DNA of 64,000 nucleotides from Thermoplasmata archaeon. GTDB lineage: Archaea; Thermoplasmatota; Thermoplasmata; Lutacidiplasmatales; UBA184. The position numbers were made by a program, and so were the translations under genes. Each line of letters begins with the position of its first letter. Within the stretch, counting starts at the first letter, position 1. Below are positions 62,231 to 64,000 of this stretch, piece by piece. The stretch covers positions 18,840 through 82,839 of the forward strand of contig JAKIVX010000003.1 in NCBI GenBank assembly GCA_022750335.1, written 5' to 3'. Under the pieces are notes generated by a model, which did not search any database, had not been told where the DNA came from, and worked only from the letters and a program-made list of their open reading frames with translations.

Positions 62231-63265
62231 TCAGTGGTGTTCGGAGGGGTCCTTCGGCGCGTCCGGGAACCGTCCCATGTAGGCCGAGAGGATTGCCGCG
62301 AAGAGGCCGACCCCCAAGAGGGCCGCGGAACCGACGAGGACCCAACTTTCCACGATCGCCGTGCTCGGCGGTCCCGGCTGCGGAGGGACGGGGACGCCGA
62401 CGTACAGGAATCCCGTCATGCCGGCGGCGAAGTGCCCCGGCACCTCACAGATGTACTGATAGACTCCGGGTCCCGGGACGGTGAAATTGGCCCAGACCGT
62501 GGAGCCGGCGCCCCCGGCCAAGGTCACGCTCGCGAGCGGGGCGTGCTGCTGGAAGTAGCTGGTGAAGTTCGCCGGCGAGAGGGTGACGTTGGACTGGGAG
62601 GCGATCGTGAACGTGTGGCCGAAATTCCCGGTGTTGGTGACGAGGACGTCCAGGTTGAACGGATAGTGGGTGTCGTTGGCGGCGAGCGCGTCCGGGACGA
62701 ACGTGTAGGAGTCGGTGGTGTTCTCGAACGTCTCGAGACCCGGTGCGGTCGAGGTGAGGTTGAGGAAGCCGAACATGCCGGCCTGGAACTGGTATGGGAC
62801 GAGCGACACGAACTCGAAGCTGTCGAAGGCGGTGGACGCGTTGAACGCGACCGTCGCGTTCGCCTGGCCCCCCCCCGGCACGGAGACGTTGGCGAGCGAG
62901 CCGTTCTGGGTGATGTACTGGTCGATTTGGGCGGGCGTCCAGCTCGAGTTCAGGCGAACCCCGGGCTGCCGGAGGAGCGTGAACGAGTGCGCGATCGTCC
63001 CCTGGTTCACCAGGTGGAACGTCGCGCTGTCGCCCGCCGCGGCCGAAAGGAACTGGGGAACGAACCGTGGCGTGTCGGTCATGTTGACGACCAGCGTCGT
63101 CGAGTTGAACGGACGTGCGTAGCCGACGGACGGGGCGTTCGGGAGATGCCCGAACGTGCCGGCGGCGACGGGGAGGCCGACGCTCGCGAGCAGCAGGGCG
63201 GCCACGCACCACGGCGCGGCCCGCCGCAGCGGGCGCGCGCGACGGACGGCGGAGGGTTCGTTCAC
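62231..63265 (-). CDS. Membrane-anchored two-domain cupredoxin protein (degenerate N-terminal domain plus functional type-1 copper C-terminal domain)
   Basis: GTG start overlapping the upstream stop. Domain 2 has 'FGHTFTI' and 'YICEVPGHFAAGMTGF' (His/Cys/His/Met). Domain 1 has 'IAHSFTL' but 'FVSLVPYQFQAGMFGF' (Cys->Ser, His->Tyr). C-terminal TM helix. Confidence 0.8.
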   Translation of the reverse strand: MNEPSAVRRARPLRRAAPWCVAALLLASVGLPVAAGTFGHLPNAPSVGYARPFNSTTLVVNMTDTPRFVPQFLSAAAGDSATFHLVNQGTIAHSFTLLRQPGVRLNSSWTPAQIDQYITQNGSLANVSVPGGGQANATVAFNASTAFDSFEFVSLVPYQFQAGMFGFLNLTSTAPGLETFENTTDSYTFVPDALAANDTHYPFNLDVLVTNTGNFGHTFTIASQSNVTLSPANFTSYFQQHAPLASVTLAGGAGSTVWANFTVPGPGVYQYICEVPGHFAAGMTGFLYVGVPVPPQPGPPSTAIVESWVLVGSAALLGVGLFAAILSAYMGRFPDAPKDPSEHH

Positions 63266-64000
63266 ACGGCTCCCAACGCTCGAGCGACCTGGACCCGCTT
63301 GATATCGGTGTGGTACGAATCGAGCGAGCGGTGGAGGACGAACGCGACCTCTGCCGACATGACGAGCGCCATCGTCCCTCCGAACGAGAGGGCCGCGAGG
63401 TCGGACCCGGGCGCGGCGACGACCGCCACCTGGGAGGCGATCATGAGGGCAAAGGCGACGGCGAGTCCGAACGGGATCCGAAGGTCGGTTGCTCCGAGGC
63501 TCGTCCGTACCGCCAACTGGCGGTAGACGAGGACGAACACCGACGTCATCAAGAGGCCCATCCCGGCGGCGCCCACGAGTGGGACGGCGACCACCCAGGG
63601 GGCGAGGAAGGCCGCCGCCGTGAGGGCGGCGAGCGAGCCGCGCGCGAGCCCGGTGAGCGGAACCCAGAGGAGGAGCGCGACCATGATGGCTCCCATCGAC
63701 CAGTCGAACCAGAGGGAGGAGAGGCCGAGCGCGAGTCCGCCGACGATCGTGGTCGGAGCGTTGCCCCCGCCGACGGCGAACAGGACCCCCATCAGCACCT
63801 CGGAACCCACGGTGGCGAGTGCGATGACGGCGGGCCACACCCAGCTCCGGGCGTCGACCGCGCGGTCCCGGAACACGATGAGACTGACGAACCAGAGGCC
63901 GGCGGGTCCCATCATCATGAAGTTGAACGCGACCAGGACCCAGGTCCACGCGGTCGTACCGTTGGGGTCGATGAAGACCCAGAGGAGCGCCAGAAGGAGG
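63262..64000 (-). CDS. Polytopic membrane protein, 5'-truncated by the window edge
   Basis: The reading frame stays open and hydrophobic from 63918 to the window end (…LLLALLWVFIDPNGTTAWTWVLVAFNFMMMGPAGLWF…), so the track's ATG at 63918 is probably internal. No family recognised. Confidence 0.55.
   Translation of the reverse strand, partial: LLLALLWVFIDPNGTTAWTWVLVAFNFMMMGPAGLWFVSLIVFRDRAVDARSWVWPAVIALATVGSEVLMGVLFAVGGGNAPTTIVGGLALGLSSLWFDWSMGAIMVALLLWVPLTGLARGSLAALTAAAFLAPWVVAVPLVGAAGMGLLMTSVFVLVYRQLAVRTSLGATDLRIPFGLAVAFALMIASQVAVVAAPGSDLAALSFGGTMALVMSAEVAFVLHRSLDSYHTDIKRVQVARALGAV

Noticed and set aside
1-64000. Scanned by eye for CRISPR arrays, rRNA and tRNA genes
   Set aside because: I noticed no regularly spaced 25-40-nt direct repeats, no rRNA-like conserved stretches and no cloverleaf-compatible GTTCGAATC-type T-loops in intergenic regions. 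This was done by eye only and should be confirmed with tRNA, rRNA and CRISPR detection tools.

Overview
GC-rich archaeal chromosomal segment (G+C judged by eye, not computed). Archaeal informational genes occur throughout: proteasome alpha, exosome Rrp4/41/42, L37Ae, RpoP, aEF-2, S7/S12/S8e, SRP19, family-B DNA polymerase and RadB. The lineage cannot be fixed from sequence alone; the exosome plus a blue-copper respiratory chain suggests a Thermoplasmatota-like organism (low confidence). I support about 75 protein genes. I found no rRNA, tRNA or CRISPR array by eye.

Layout:
- 0-15.4 kb: 'exosome superoperon' (psmA-SBDS-rrp4-rrp41-rrp42-rpl37ae-rpoP-RNase J-like-radB), a Kelch/PKD surface protein and ogt.
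- 15.5-22 kb: S12-S7-EF2 operon, uracil-DNA glycosylase and PolB.
- 22-48 kb: housekeeping metabolism (purM, pyrC, 2-oxoacid:ferredoxin oxidoreductase, moaDE, ADP-forming acetyl-CoA synthetase, pdaD, hxlB, rlmE, rnhB, S9 peptidase and others).
- 48.4-49.9 kb: a single mobile element carrying a frameshifted tnpB.
- 50.7-64 kb: aerobic respiratory island (heme O/A synthases, A-type oxidase subunits I and II, Rieske/cytochrome b, two blue copper proteins, TatA/TatC, an AbrB-PhoU regulator).

Most notable observations:
- The tnpB element is bounded by inverted repeats plus a perfect 9-bp direct repeat, which is not IS200/IS605-like. It also has a ~230-nt non-coding leader.
- Three evenly spaced TACTAC/GTAGTA palindromes lie between convergent ogt and EF-2. 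A related copy sits at the AbrB-PhoU promoter.
- coxII is split at a single T.
- The purM start codon is displaced by one G.

All product calls come from motif recognition without database searches. Coordinates are anchored to the supplied ORF track.
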